Source: a virus (taxonomy: Duplodnaviria; Heunggongvirae; Uroviricota; Caudoviricetes; Demerecviridae). Taken from it: DNA of 64,000 bases. The notes beneath the pieces were generated by a model. That model searched no databases, had not been told where the DNA came from, and was given only the letters and a program-made list of their open reading frames with translations. The stretch covers positions 30,745-94,744 of IMG/VR virus record IMGVR_UViG_2595698513_000001. One strand, written 5' to 3'. Made by a program: the position numbers and the translations under genes. Below are positions 35,831 through 45,299 of the stretch, in pieces; positions within the stretch are counted from its first letter, which is position 1; every line of letters begins with the position of its first letter.

Positions 35831-36201
35831 TTAAAGATACACTAAAACTTCAAATGGCGAGCCTAATTGATTTTGCTAACGTTCTAGGCTTCTACCTAAC
35901 TCAGAACGAACGTGGTCACAAGTTCTTTGAAGATGAGCGTGGCTTTAAAGTGTCAATGACACGTATGATTGAGTACCATAATGGTAACATCAAAGGCTGT
36001 CATACATTCCACACATTCCATGATGTTGCTCGTAGTCTATCTAACATCTTGTGTACTGAATTTACTGTTAACCAAGTTGAAGTAGCATACAATAGCCGTC
36101 GCTGTTATACTTTCAAATACCGATATGATAAAAAGACAGCTAAGTTCATTGGCTCACAATATGACAACGTTGTCAAACTATTACCAGGAGTAACCCTATG
36201 A
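35827..36201 (+). CDS. hypothetical protein
   Basis: ATGA coupling. Confidence 0.5.
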   Translation: MIKDTLKLQMASLIDFANVLGFYLTQNERGHKFFEDERGFKVSMTRMIEYHNGNIKGCHTFHTFHDVARSLSNILCTEFTVNQVEVAYNSRRCYTFKYRYDKKTAKFIGSQYDNVVKLLPGVTL

Positions 36202-36404
36202 GAATGTTAATGCTACCTTTGTGCCTAATCGCAGGGTTTGGGGTTGGTCAATTGATAAAAAACCATTGGAATGACCCTGCAACTTGGGGAAACATGTCCT
36301 GCACTGAGCTTGTAGAAGTTCAAGATACTTCCTACTACAACCAAGAAGCTAAAGACATGGCGTTTAGCATTTACGAAGAAAAATGCCTCACTAAACAACA
36401 ATAA
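36198..36404 (+). CDS. small secreted or membrane protein
   Basis: ATGA coupling; hydrophobic N-terminus. Confidence 0.45.
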   Translation: MRMLMLPLCLIAGFGVGQLIKNHWNDPATWGNMSCTELVEVQDTSYYNQEAKDMAFSIYEEKCLTKQQ

Positions 36405-36416
36405 GTTAAATATAAC
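36388..36416 (+). promoter_or_regulatory. weak promoter-like element (TATAAC, poor -35) with conserved leader
   Basis: Leader ATAAAGTTGGGAAACGGAGATTGAAAATG conserved despite weak hexamers. Confidence 0.35.
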
Positions 36417-36442
36417 ATAAAGTTGGGAAACGGAGATTGAAA

Positions 36443-37519
36443 ATGTTTTACTTTTTACTTATATTAATACCTTCTGTCCTCTCAGTGTTTGGGTGGAAGT
36501 TATACTACAAACATGAGATAACACCCAAAGAAATCGGTATGGGGCTAGGAGCTACATTGGTTGTCTCGTTGCTCCTAACAGGGCTTACCGAAATGTCCAA
36601 ATATTCAGGGATGTGGGATACAGAGATATTAAATGGGTATGTTGAGAGTAAAGCACCTGTTGAAGTATCTTGTGAGCACAGTTATCCATGCAACCCTAGA
36701 ACAGTTTGTTCAGGTTCTGGTAAAAACAGGTCTTGTACTACAGTGTATGATACTTGTTATGACCATAGTTATGATGTAGACTGGGATGTTAAAACAACTG
36801 TAGGTAATGTTACTATAGACCGTGTTGACCGTCAAGGTACTACAGAGCCACCACGTTTCACAGCAGTACAAATTGGAGAACCAGCTAGTGCAGCGCATGC
36901 TTACGTTAACTACTTGAAAGGGGCTAAGGACTCTTTACTATACACTAAGCAAGAAACTGACAAAAACTACCAAGATATTCTGGTAAGCTATCCTAGAGTG
37001 TTTGATTATTACCGTGTCAAAACAGTAATTAACCAAACCAAACTAGACACACGACTAGAGGAGGTTTATCTACGTCAACGAATGAAAGAATTAGGAGCCA
37101 AAAAACAAGTAAATATCATAGTAGTATTTACTAATCAAAATCCTGATTTCTTCAACGTCTTACTGTCTCATTGGGGCGGTGTTAAGAAAAACGATGTACT
37201 CATGATGTTTGGCATGAAAGGAGACACTGTACAATGGTTTAAATCTACAAGCTTTGCAGATGGCATGGATAACCGAGACTTACATGTGCAGCTGAGAAAT
37301 AATGCAATAACCAAACCATACAGCATTGAGTTATTTAAAGAACAGATTAATTTGGTAGATGAGAAGTTCACTAGACTACCAAACAAAAAGTTCGAGTACA
37401 TGATTGAGAATATCGACCCACCGGCTTGGTTAGTGTTCATTAATATCATTGTAAACCTATTTATTACTGGTATTATCAGTCACCAGTTAGCAAACAACTA
37501 TGAAAGAGAGCGAGTATAA
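36443..37519 (+). CDS. Cys-rich membrane protein (N- and C-terminal TM)
   Basis: Conserved leader upstream; TM helices at both ends. Confidence 0.55.
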   Translation: MFYFLLILIPSVLSVFGWKLYYKHEITPKEIGMGLGATLVVSLLLTGLTEMSKYSGMWDTEILNGYVESKAPVEVSCEHSYPCNPRTVCSGSGKNRSCTTVYDTCYDHSYDVDWDVKTTVGNVTIDRVDRQGTTEPPRFTAVQIGEPASAAHAYVNYLKGAKDSLLYTKQETDKNYQDILVSYPRVFDYYRVKTVINQTKLDTRLEEVYLRQRMKELGAKKQVNIIVVFTNQNPDFFNVLLSHWGGVKKNDVLMMFGMKGDTVQWFKSTSFADGMDNRDLHVQLRNNAITKPYSIELFKEQINLVDEKFTRLPNKKFEYMIENIDPPAWLVFINIIVNLFITGIISHQLANNYERERV

Positions 37520-37522
37520 TAT

Positions 37523-38083
37523 ATGAAAACATGGCAAATTATTACACTAATCGTTGTTACATTCCTAGCAGCTATTATTGGCCTACCAGCAGCGTCCTAC
37601 ATCTCTGCACATAACACGGCTGTCAACTTCGAAGCCCAGATTAACAAGTTTGATAAGGATTCACAGAACGTCCTTAGCAACTACACTCTAAAAATCAAAG
37701 AAATGGCTCAAGTACCGGATATGTACTCAGCCGCACTAAAAGAACAAATTGAAGCTACCTTCCAAGGTCGTTATGGCGAAGATGGTAGTAAAGCAATGTT
37801 CCAGTGGATTCAAGAGCAGAACATCCAGTTCGATTCTTCTATGTTCACTAACCTACAAGCAGCAATGGAATCTGGACGTGATGAGTTCCGACTGTCACAA
37901 ACTAAGAAAATCGACGTGTGTGGTGAGTATGAAAAACTACGTAACGTCTTCTGGTCTGGTATGTTCGTAAGAATGGCTGGATTCCCTAAAGCGGATATTG
38001 ACACTAAATGTCGTGTTGTCCTTGACCAAGGTACTAAAGCGACTTTCGAAACAGGAATTGCAGAGCCGATTTCCATTAAATAA
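37523..38083 (+). CDS. LemA-family protein
   Basis: N-terminal TM; C-terminal FWSGMFVRMAGFPK region resembles LemA signature. Confidence 0.55.
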   Translation: MKTWQIITLIVVTFLAAIIGLPAASYISAHNTAVNFEAQINKFDKDSQNVLSNYTLKIKEMAQVPDMYSAALKEQIEATFQGRYGEDGSKAMFQWIQEQNIQFDSSMFTNLQAAMESGRDEFRLSQTKKIDVCGEYEKLRNVFWSGMFVRMAGFPKADIDTKCRVVLDQGTKATFETGIAEPISIK

Positions 38084-38096
38084 CTTAAATAAAGGG

Positions 38097-38125
38097 TTGC
38101 TTCGGCAGCCCTTTTCGCGTATAAT
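38097..38125 (+). promoter_or_regulatory. early promoter TTGCTT-17-TATAAT overlapping a terminator hairpin
   Basis: -35 and spacer lie inside hairpin GGGTTGCTTCGGCAGCCC followed by TTTT. Confidence 0.6.
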
Positions 38126-38157
38126 AGTTACATAAAGTTGAGAGAGGGAAGAAGATT

Positions 38158-38439
38158 ATGTCAAACATCCAACAGATTTTCCGCGTACAGATGATGCTAG
38201 GTAACAAAGGCCAGGAAGACTTTGAAACGTTTTATAACAATTTTAGCAAGGACTCTCAATACTCAGCAGGACGCCATGAGTTCTATATCGAGTATATGGG
38301 CAAAGAGTGGTGGATTGACACATTCTCTCGCCACCTATGTTGTGTCACTGAGTTCAGCACTATCGAAGCGGCACAGGAAGCAGAACAGGAAGGTTTTGAA
38401 ATCCTATCGTCTTATGGTTATTGGAAGGAGGAAGAATAA
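38158..38439 (+). CDS. hypothetical protein
   Basis: After promoter 38097-38125. Confidence 0.55.
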   Translation: MSNIQQIFRVQMMLGNKGQEDFETFYNNFSKDSQYSAGRHEFYIEYMGKEWWIDTFSRHLCCVTEFSTIEAAQEAEQEGFEILSSYGYWKEEE

Positions 38440-38765
38440 TGAAAAGCCTAATTGATGAACTACAACTTCTAGTAGAAACAGAGGGTCTAGGTATTATCAA
38501 GCGCAAGCGCTTCCTTCGTATGTGTAAGCGTCATGGTGTTAGCTACCATACTGCTACGGAAATACTTATTTGGACAGGTATTCTTATACCTAAAACAGAA
38601 AAACAGTGGCACCCTTGTCTTATCAACCTAACACCAAGAGAATGGCACACATACCACGGTTGGAAACATAAGGGTTGGCAGGTTCTTCGTGGTGAAGTGG
38701 CAACCAGTATCAATAATAAACCTATGTTTAGTAACTTACAAGTAAAGTGGATTCCTTATGATTAG
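38439..38765 (+). CDS. hypothetical protein
   Basis: RBS GGAGGAAG then ATG. Confidence 0.5.
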   Translation: MKSLIDELQLLVETEGLGIIKRKRFLRMCKRHGVSYHTATEILIWTGILIPKTEKQWHPCLINLTPREWHTYHGWKHKGWQVLRGEVATSINNKPMFSNLQVKWIPYD

Positions 38766-38964
38766 TTTATATTTTAATTTATGTTTTGCGTGGATGCTGT
38801 TTATGTTATATGATGCATCTAATGAGAAATACAACCTAGATGGGTGGAAGCATCCTACAGCGATGATACTATTCCCAGGTACATTCGCTGCGGTTATTTT
38901 AGGTACGCTTTTCACCTTGTTTGATGAGTTAATTCCAAAAATCTTGAATTGCTTCAAACGATAA
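38758..38964 (+). CDS. small membrane protein
   Basis: 2 TM. Confidence 0.45.
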   Translation: MISLYFNLCFAWMLFMLYDASNEKYNLDGWKHPTAMILFPGTFAAVILGTLFTLFDELIPKILNCFKR

Positions 38965-38977
38965 ATTCTTATATAAT
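38949..38977 (+). promoter_or_regulatory. T5-type early promoter plus conserved leader
   Basis: TTGCTT-17-TATAAT. Confidence 0.65.
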
Positions 38978-39010
38978 ATATACATAAAGTTGAGAAACGG
39001 AGATTGTCTT

Positions 39011-39568
39011 ATGAAATTTGATATGTACTGTGATTGGGCACCATTTGGTATCGGCGTTGTTGTGGTAGAAGAAGGTCGTGGTGTTTATTATAATCGTTAC
39101 GAAACACAATGGACTAACCAAAGCAACTCATGCCAAGGTGAGCTAGAAGCTATCAACATTTGTTTAGATATTATTGATGAGCTAGGCTTACAGAATGTCA
39201 CAGTACATACAGACCATGAGCCTCTTATCCAGTCACTAGAGCGTGGTACTATTCCTAGCTGTAAGAAAACTAGAAAGAAAACCTCTCGTGCTAATAAGGT
39301 TGCTCTATACACTAAAACAATCAATCGTATTAAAGAAGGCGGCATTGATATAGTACATTGTAAAGCTCACTCGGGACATATCTTTAGTAACGCAGCAGAT
39401 GTATTAACTCGTAAACCTACGGAAAGTAATCCAGAATGGGCTGACCGTCTAAGAGCTAACAATAAATTCCATAGTAAAGCTAAATCAATTACTAAACCAA
39501 ACCCAACACTATGGGATGTTGTACAGGCTTGGTTTGTTAACCTAACTTACGGAGCAGTAGCATGTTAA
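39011..39568 (+). CDS. divergent RNase H-like protein (second paralog)
   Basis: After promoter 38949-38977; GELEAINI, TDHEPLI, CKAHSGHIFSNAADVL resemble RNase H motifs. Confidence 0.45.
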   Translation: MKFDMYCDWAPFGIGVVVVEEGRGVYYNRYETQWTNQSNSCQGELEAINICLDIIDELGLQNVTVHTDHEPLIQSLERGTIPSCKKTRKKTSRANKVALYTKTINRIKEGGIDIVHCKAHSGHIFSNAADVLTRKPTESNPEWADRLRANNKFHSKAKSITKPNPTLWDVVQAWFVNLTYGAVAC

Positions 39569-39711
39569 AAGATATTCCAGCAGATGTATGGAAGGTAGCA
39601 GCAGTAAGTATCCCAATCTTAATGGGGTTTGGGGCTCCTTTTATGCTTGCTCTTCTTAATGTACTTATTTGTATTTACACTCGCCAATTATCGGTAAAGA
39701 TGGGATTATAA
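39562..39711 (+). CDS. 49-aa membrane peptide
   Basis: Overlap-coupled; single TM. Confidence 0.3.
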   Translation: MLKDIPADVWKVAAVSIPILMGFGAPFMLALLNVLICIYTRQLSVKMGL

Positions 39712-39712
39712 A

Positions 39713-40348
39713 ATGAAACTAGAATATACTATGACACCTAAGTTCAAGTGCGCTGTACGAGAACTTAGAAACACCCTCAAGGAACGTCGTGCACTCTTTG
39801 AAAAGCTAGAAAAAGACTTCTATGAAGAAGTAAGTAAGTATCGTATTGAGCTATATGGCTTGGCACAGAAATTCCTTAAAAACAGGGTTGAGATTAATAA
39901 ACAACGTCCTGTTAAGTGGGGGTTGTTCAAACTAAATACAAGATACGAAACATACACTGTAGAAGACTTTGATGCGGAAAAAGCAATAGAAGCACTCAAG
40001 CCACACACTGTAAACCCTATTAGTCGTGATGCGTTTGTTTGTAATTTATACTGGGAAGAGCCAAAACTAGAAAAGTATGATATACCTGGTGTTTGTTATG
40101 TAGATGCAAATATGAGTTATGCTAACGCTCGTAGTAATAATCGTTACAGAGAGTATATTGGCGGAGCTAGAAACCCTAGACAACTTTCTATTTGTATTAC
40201 TAATATACCACCAACGTACCGCCTAGTACCGCAGGTTAGTGAGCATCGAATTGAACAGCTAACAAAAATACTAGAATGTCAAGCTGATAGGCTTATTTTT
40301 GAAGAAAAGGAAATCAACGCACTAATCCGACTAGGTTTAAAACTTTAG
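39713..40348 (+). CDS. hypothetical protein
   Basis: ATG directly after upstream stop. Confidence 0.5.
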   Translation: MKLEYTMTPKFKCAVRELRNTLKERRALFEKLEKDFYEEVSKYRIELYGLAQKFLKNRVEINKQRPVKWGLFKLNTRYETYTVEDFDAEKAIEALKPHTVNPISRDAFVCNLYWEEPKLEKYDIPGVCYVDANMSYANARSNNRYREYIGGARNPRQLSICITNIPPTYRLVPQVSEHRIEQLTKILECQADRLIFEEKEINALIRLGLKL

Positions 40349-40377
40349 TTGCTTGAGTTTGTAATTTCTTATATAAT
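40349..40377 (+). promoter_or_regulatory. T5-type early promoter
   Basis: TTGCTT-17-TATAAT; leader ATATATACATAAATTGAAACGGAGATAG. Confidence 0.65.
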
Positions 40378-40408
40378 ATATACATAAATTGAAACGGAGA
40401 TAGTCTTT

Positions 40409-40741
40409 ATGAGAAAATATTTATACGTTGTTCGCATGGATGGTGATATTTGTGGTATCGAACAGCACGACTTGGTAGCATTCGAAACTGATACTCCGGC
40501 AAAACTTACACAGTTCTACCGATACATTGAAGACATGGCTCGTGACCACGTTTCTATGTACATCGACGAAGATGAGTACGAAGAAGAGACTGGCACTGAG
40601 ATGGAAGTGGACTCTGAAATCTTCCACTACACACCTGAGCAATGGGGTGATTGGTATACTTGTGCAGAAGGCTTGTGGCATGTTAAAGAAGGATACCACA
40701 ACATCGAACAAGATGAAAATGGTTTCTGGTATGTGGCCTAA
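40409..40741 (+). CDS. acidic hypothetical protein
   Basis: After promoter 40349-40377. Confidence 0.6.
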   Translation: MRKYLYVVRMDGDICGIEQHDLVAFETDTPAKLTQFYRYIEDMARDHVSMYIDEDEYEEETGTEMEVDSEIFHYTPEQWGDWYTCAEGLWHVKEGYHNIEQDENGFWYVA

Positions 40742-40970
40742 GAAGTATCAAATAGAGCATATGCTATGTGAAGTAGCATATAGCTTTCCAAAGGTTTTTC
40801 ATTCTCTATTAATTACAGATGACTCTAACAAAGAGTATACTGCTAGAGTCTGTAGTGAGAAATGTGAGCCACTAATCGTTACCAAGAAAACCTGGGAATA
40901 CGACAAACTAATATTAGAAGTAGAACAAAGATTACTGGAGATTAATGATGTTAAAGGCAACACTTACTGA
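40731..40970 (+). CDS. hypothetical small protein
   Basis: Overlap-coupled ATG; alternative start possible. Confidence 0.3.
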   Translation: MWPKKYQIEHMLCEVAYSFPKVFHSLLITDDSNKEYTARVCSEKCEPLIVTKKTWEYDKLILEVEQRLLEINDVKGNTY

Positions 40971-41274
40971 TGGTATAGTAATTGAGATCAACGAAACAGG
41001 CGACTTGTGTGCTAGTAACTATGGGTCGGATATTGACGACGTTTTTGGTTGGAGAGTGGTAAATAAAGATATTCGTGATAAAGTAGTAAGTTATGCAAAA
41101 GGTAATAGATTCTCAGGTCTATATAGTGACAATGACCCAGATGAGCCTAGCAATATCCGCTACATAGCTGTACGAAGCCTAGAAGTGGAAGAAGTGACTA
41201 GAATCGACAAGCTGATTAAAGCACTGAATGACGATGATCTTATCTTCTGCTTGATTGAAGAGACCTATTGTTAA
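40945..41274 (+). CDS. hypothetical protein
   Basis: Overlap-coupled. Confidence 0.45.
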   Translation: MMLKATLTDGIVIEINETGDLCASNYGSDIDDVFGWRVVNKDIRDKVVSYAKGNRFSGLYSDNDPDEPSNIRYIAVRSLEVEEVTRIDKLIKALNDDDLIFCLIEETYC

Positions 41275-41287
41275 TAAAAATCTTGAT

Positions 41288-41316
41288 TTGCTTGAACATC
41301 AAAATCTTTATATAAT
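41288..41316 (+). promoter_or_regulatory. T5-type early promoter
   Basis: Near-identical copy of the 40349 element. Confidence 0.65.
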
Positions 41317-41345
41317 ATATACATAAATTGAAACGGAGATAGTCT

Positions 41346-41726
41346 ATGAAATTCAATGTTGGCAATCCAGTAGCACCTAAATACACTAACGCATTTGTTC
41401 TAGAAACCGAATGGATGCACGGAGATGCAGATGCGTACACTAAAGAAGATACTGTATTCGATAGCAACACACCATGTCTCGAAGAGCTAGAAGAACAAAT
41501 CTACATGTACGGTGTTATTGATGCGATGTTCAAGCATGGTATGGGCGGTTGTGATACCTATGCTCAAGAAGCTAAACGTCTAGGTATTGTACTTCCAGAC
41601 GAGTTTCTAGATGCTATCCCTGTAAACCAGTTCTCACACGATGGTGACGCCTACTTTGAGGGGTACAAACTTTGGTGGTTTGACAAAAACGGTACTAAGT
41701 ATCCAGTGACTATCGAGGATTACTAA
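41346..41726 (+). CDS. hypothetical protein
   Basis: After promoter 41288-41316. Confidence 0.6.
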   Translation: MKFNVGNPVAPKYTNAFVLETEWMHGDADAYTKEDTVFDSNTPCLEELEEQIYMYGVIDAMFKHGMGGCDTYAQEAKRLGIVLPDEFLDAIPVNQFSHDGDAYFEGYKLWWFDKNGTKYPVTIEDY

Positions 41727-41727
41727 T

Positions 41728-41970
41728 ATGAGAGTATCGCTAGCAGAATTTGCAGGTATGGTTGAAGCATCTAACGCCCTGTTCTGTCTAAGGCAGCGAA
41801 CAACAAGGCTAGAGCCATTAGCCTTAGCCAAACAGTGTCAGAAAGACGTTTACGGCGTTTACGCCGGATTGGAGCAGGGATGTAGTAGCCTAGAAGAGAG
41901 AACAGTTATGGCGGTTATCACTAAAGTATTGGAGACAGCCCATGAAAATATTAAGAAACGTTCGCGGTAA
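41728..41970 (+). CDS. hypothetical protein
   Basis: TAATATG coupling. Confidence 0.45.
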   Translation: MRVSLAEFAGMVEASNALFCLRQRTTRLEPLALAKQCQKDVYGVYAGLEQGCSSLEERTVMAVITKVLETAHENIKKRSR

Positions 41971-42166
41971 ATATGTAATTAAGACTATAGACCAGACCGA
42001 CGACTACGAGGGCTGGGAAATCTACAACGGTTACGGTGATTATGTCAAAATCACCATCTGGTTAAAACACAACACCTTCGAAGTCTACGGCGAAGACGAT
42101 GTTCTAGTAGGCAAAGAAGACATTCCTCTTGATAAGCTAGAGGATTTATTGGAGATTATACTATGA
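41942..42166 (+). CDS. hypothetical protein
   Basis: Overlap-coupled. Confidence 0.45.
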   Translation: MKILRNVRGKYVIKTIDQTDDYEGWEIYNGYGDYVKITIWLKHNTFEVYGEDDVLVGKEDIPLDKLEDLLEIIL

Positions 42167-42402
42167 AATCTAAGTTTTGGCTAACCATCGCATCAATCCT
42201 AGCGCCTTTTACAGCACAAGCTAATATTGATTTACACGCTAAAGAACAATGGGTTATTAAAGTACGTAGCCAACTCTACAATGTAGAAATTCTAGAAGTG
42301 CAAGGCAATACGGTTCGTGTTAAGTATGACGACGGCATGGTTGGTATGGCTAATAAGGATGACATTACATGGTTAACAAAACTATCCTCAGACTTCATCT
42401 AA
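42163..42402 (+). CDS. small secreted protein
   Basis: Signal peptide ending FTAQA. Confidence 0.5.
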   Translation: MKSKFWLTIASILAPFTAQANIDLHAKEQWVIKVRSQLYNVEILEVQGNTVRVKYDDGMVGMANKDDITWLTKLSSDFI

Positions 42403-42501
42403 GAGTATTACGATGGTTACGTGGTATAGCCATTGACACAGAAGACCAAATAGCTATCGAGCATGAGATAGCAGATGTATTAAGAAAGTTACACAATAAT
42501 T

Positions 42502-42525
42502 AAGCCCCCAATTGGGGGCTTTTTC
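42502..42525 (+). terminator. rho-independent terminator
   Basis: AAGCCCCCAATTGGGGGCTT then TTT. Confidence 0.75.
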
Positions 42526-42715
42526 ACACCATAAAGATACTGGTAATAACGATTACAATAAAGTTGATTATTGCACTTACAATAATCCTTAATATATCTC
42601 TTTTACTCATTATATATCAATTGTCTACCTAAATAAGGTCTGTTATTAATAATATAGTCAGCATACCACAGTTGACACAAAAGTCAATTGTGATTTTTAT
42701 ATCTGAAAAATGTAA

Positions 42716-42744
42716 TTGCTAATCTGGTATCTGTTTGCTATAAT
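42716..42744 (+). promoter_or_regulatory. early promoter TTGCTA-17-TATAAT
   Basis: Possible second upstream TTGACA at 42672. Confidence 0.55.
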
Positions 42745-42769
42745 AGAACAGAAGAAAGGAGAATATTAT

Positions 42770-43918
42770 ATGAATCTAACACAGAACCAAGTATTAAAAC
42801 TATCTATAATCTATAAAGTATATAAAGGCATTACAAAAATAAGTGAACTTGACGACGATGATAAAATCGTTTTCGCTACTTGCACCAAGAGATGCATGAA
42901 TACTAGTAAAGGGGAGAAAGAGCGTTGGGCACCAGATTGGCAAGCTTTAGGCTTCTCTAAGCTAGGTAGTAAAGAGCGTGACGCTATCTGGAAAAGAATA
43001 GCTGAATTTGTTCATCAGGCAGTGCAAACCAAACAGAGCCTACCTAGAAAAACTATGGCAGCCCAATGGGAGGACTTCGCAGAGCTAGATGAAGATACTA
43101 TTAAGTGTATAAATAAAGAGGAAACGTCTTTCCAGAATGTATATAATATCTATGAAGGTACTAAAAAGGTAGTACACAAACGACAGATAGAGAAGCTATC
43201 AGATAAGCTAGGTGGTGAGAGCGCTGATGCTAAGGTTATTGAGGTACTCAAGAAACTTAACCCTACTATTCCACAGATCGCTGCAATTCAGCGATACATC
43301 AACATTGCAGTTCGTAATAAAACCAAGGCTAGAATTGATATGTTTCTACTACCAGAGCATATTTTGGAACTGCGTAATAAGTTTAGGGAGAAAGAGTTCA
43401 GCACTATCCCACTAATAAGCTTTAAAAAGGATGCGGAAAAGATCATTGCTAACCTAGGGTTGTGTGGCTATCGAATGGCACTAGTAGAACCTGTAAAGAA
43501 TAAGCAAGGTGATATAGCTTTCTACAAACCTAAGGAGATTCTAGATGTACTACAAGTTAAGCTATTACAAACTAATGAGCTAATGGGTTTAGCCTCTATT
43601 TATAAGCACGAGGGTAGACCTACTCAAATGTTTCTAGGAACCACAGGTGATACAGTTAAAACTAGAATCACCCCTAAACAGTATATTGATCTAATACTAC
43701 AGAGATATGAAGCTAATAAAGAAGTAATTGATAAATATATAGACAAGCCTAAGTCTTTCTATATTAAGTCTATTAAAGACGAACCTTATCAATGGAATTA
43801 CGAAGCTATTGCATTAGATATATTCCATAATGAGAAGTTAGCGTTAAACCCAGAACTATTTATGCTAGTTCCTATTTTTCAAGATAAAGAACCTGTGGAG
43901 TGGTTAAATGAAATTTAG
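42770..43918 (+). CDS. hypothetical 382-aa protein
   Basis: After promoter 42716-42744; RBS AAAGGAGAA. Confidence 0.6.
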   Translation: MNLTQNQVLKLSIIYKVYKGITKISELDDDDKIVFATCTKRCMNTSKGEKERWAPDWQALGFSKLGSKERDAIWKRIAEFVHQAVQTKQSLPRKTMAAQWEDFAELDEDTIKCINKEETSFQNVYNIYEGTKKVVHKRQIEKLSDKLGGESADAKVIEVLKKLNPTIPQIAAIQRYINIAVRNKTKARIDMFLLPEHILELRNKFREKEFSTIPLISFKKDAEKIIANLGLCGYRMALVEPVKNKQGDIAFYKPKEILDVLQVKLLQTNELMGLASIYKHEGRPTQMFLGTTGDTVKTRITPKQYIDLILQRYEANKEVIDKYIDKPKSFYIKSIKDEPYQWNYEAIALDIFHNEKLALNPELFMLVPIFQDKEPVEWLNEI

Positions 43919-44267
43919 ATATTTAGGGGATGTTTACAGCATCCCTAGAAAAACATTCGACTTCTGTATTGCTAGAAACTTACTGCGCAAGCTTTTCGCG
44001 GAGGCTATACCAGACAATCCATGTCATGAACGTCAAACGTTCTTTATTCTCAGTACATACGACCCAGACTTCCGCTGGTTTAGCGCAAGCTCTAAGAACC
44101 CAAAATATTATAAGAGATTCAATGATACTGTCAAGCACCTAGCAATACCAAATCTCACCAAGAATCAATGCAAGTTCTTGGACAAAATTACTAGAGAACA
44201 AGAGGATTTTCGTGATGCCATTAAGATAGCCAAGGAAGCTGTAAAAACCATATACGAAATTTCTTGA
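43908..44267 (+). CDS. hypothetical protein; last early-region gene before repeat region
   Basis: Overlap-coupled ATG. Confidence 0.5.
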   Translation: MKFRYLGDVYSIPRKTFDFCIARNLLRKLFAEAIPDNPCHERQTFFILSTYDPDFRWFSASSKNPKYYKRFNDTVKHLAIPNLTKNQCKFLDKITREQEDFRDAIKIAKEAVKTIYEIS

Positions 44268-44291
44268 CAGTTACACAAAGAACCTTTATAA
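44263..44291 (+). promoter_or_regulatory. perfect-consensus sigma70 promoter TTGACA-17-TATAAT firing into non-coding repeat region
   Basis: Both hexamers and spacing exact; no ORF longer than 20 aa downstream. Confidence 0.6.
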
Positions 44292-44544
44292 TATACTAAA
44301 GCCCAAAGGAAATTCTGGCAGGGCTAGGTGTCAGTGCTTGCATGACCGACTACATCTAAGGAGAGTCTGGAGCGAGCACTGAAGAACCTTGACCGCCGCG
44401 CTTGTATAAGGGGGAGTCTTATATGAAGAAAATTGTAAATATAGATGAACAGAATACGCCCCGCTATTCAATCCTAGTGCTATGATTATTACCCTAGTCT
44501 TTCCTATGAGAGCCTAGGGTTTTCTTATATCTGCCTACATAGAT

Positions 44545-45009
44545 TTTGCACCCTAGAATCTGCACCAAAATATCCTCCCTAGCTTGGGCAAATTTAGTGC
44601 GAAGCACATATCTAGCCCAGATTCCCCATGTCAATTCTAAAGCCTAGGATTTGCACCTATTGTATAAGGTCTTCTGATTATAGTATTAGTCGGATTGAGA
44701 CCGGTTCAAGGAGCGACCCCCGTAATTGTCAATTGGTTTTTTCAAAAATCTGCACCAAACGCCCCAAAACTTTATTTTCCTCCATAAAACCCACCAAATA
44801 GCACCAAAATCTCCATATATCTCTAGAATTCGCACCTACCTCACCGCCCTAGCACCTATCAATTTTGCACCTCCCCCAATAGCGGCATGTTTTGTGCGCA
44901 GCACGAGTCTAGCCGCAGATAGGGGTGTAGTTTTTGCACCTACATAGAATTTGCACCTATAGTTTTCGCACCTACATGTATCACTTTTGCACCAGTCGGA
45001 TTTGCACCC
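44545..45009. repeat. iteron-like array: at least 13 copies of (T)TTGCACC(T)
   Basis: Copies at 44545, 44559, 44650, 44749, 44829, 44851, 44864, 44931, 44950, 44963, 44985, 45001; irregular spacing. Confidence 0.7.
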
Positions 45010-45090
45010 GCAGGCGCAGAGGATTAGAGGTTGCTAATAAAGTATGCCCTAAATTAGTGATCCCTATATTAGTGATTGCTTATAGACTTC

Positions 45091-45150
45091 TAGCCATCCA
45101 GCCATCCAGACGTTTAGCCGTCTATCCGTCTAGCCATCCAGACTTCTAGA
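45091..45150. repeat. short tandem repeats AGCCATCCAG x3, CCGTCTA x2, ACTTCTAG x2
   Basis: Read directly. Confidence 0.7.
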
Positions 45151-45203
45151 CTTCCGTATGCCATACCGTATAAAATATGGCACGATTTTTGCTTATTAAA
45201 AAG

Positions 45204-45299
45204 TTATCCACAACTGTATATTTATACATGGCTCTAAAACGCTCTATACAGAGTTATCCACAACCTTATCCACCGCAAAACTACTGTATATTTATACAG
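45204..45299. repeat. DnaA-box cluster (2x TTATCCACA, 1x TTATCCACC) interleaved with two copies of palindrome CTGTATA-TT-TATACAG
   Basis: Boxes at 45204, 45254, 45266; palindromes at 45213 and 45284. Confidence 0.65.

Noticed and set aside
40527-40970. 147-aa ORF overlapping the 3' half of gene 40409-40741
   Set aside because: Its first two-thirds run out-of-frame through a well-supported acidic protein gene. Only the downstream part (40731-40970) was kept as a low-confidence CDS.
44545-45009. Possible CRISPR array suggested by the repeated TTTGCACC units
   Set aside because: Repeats are only 8-9 bp and irregularly spaced. There are no uniform spacers and no cas genes. They behave like iterons or protein-binding sites.
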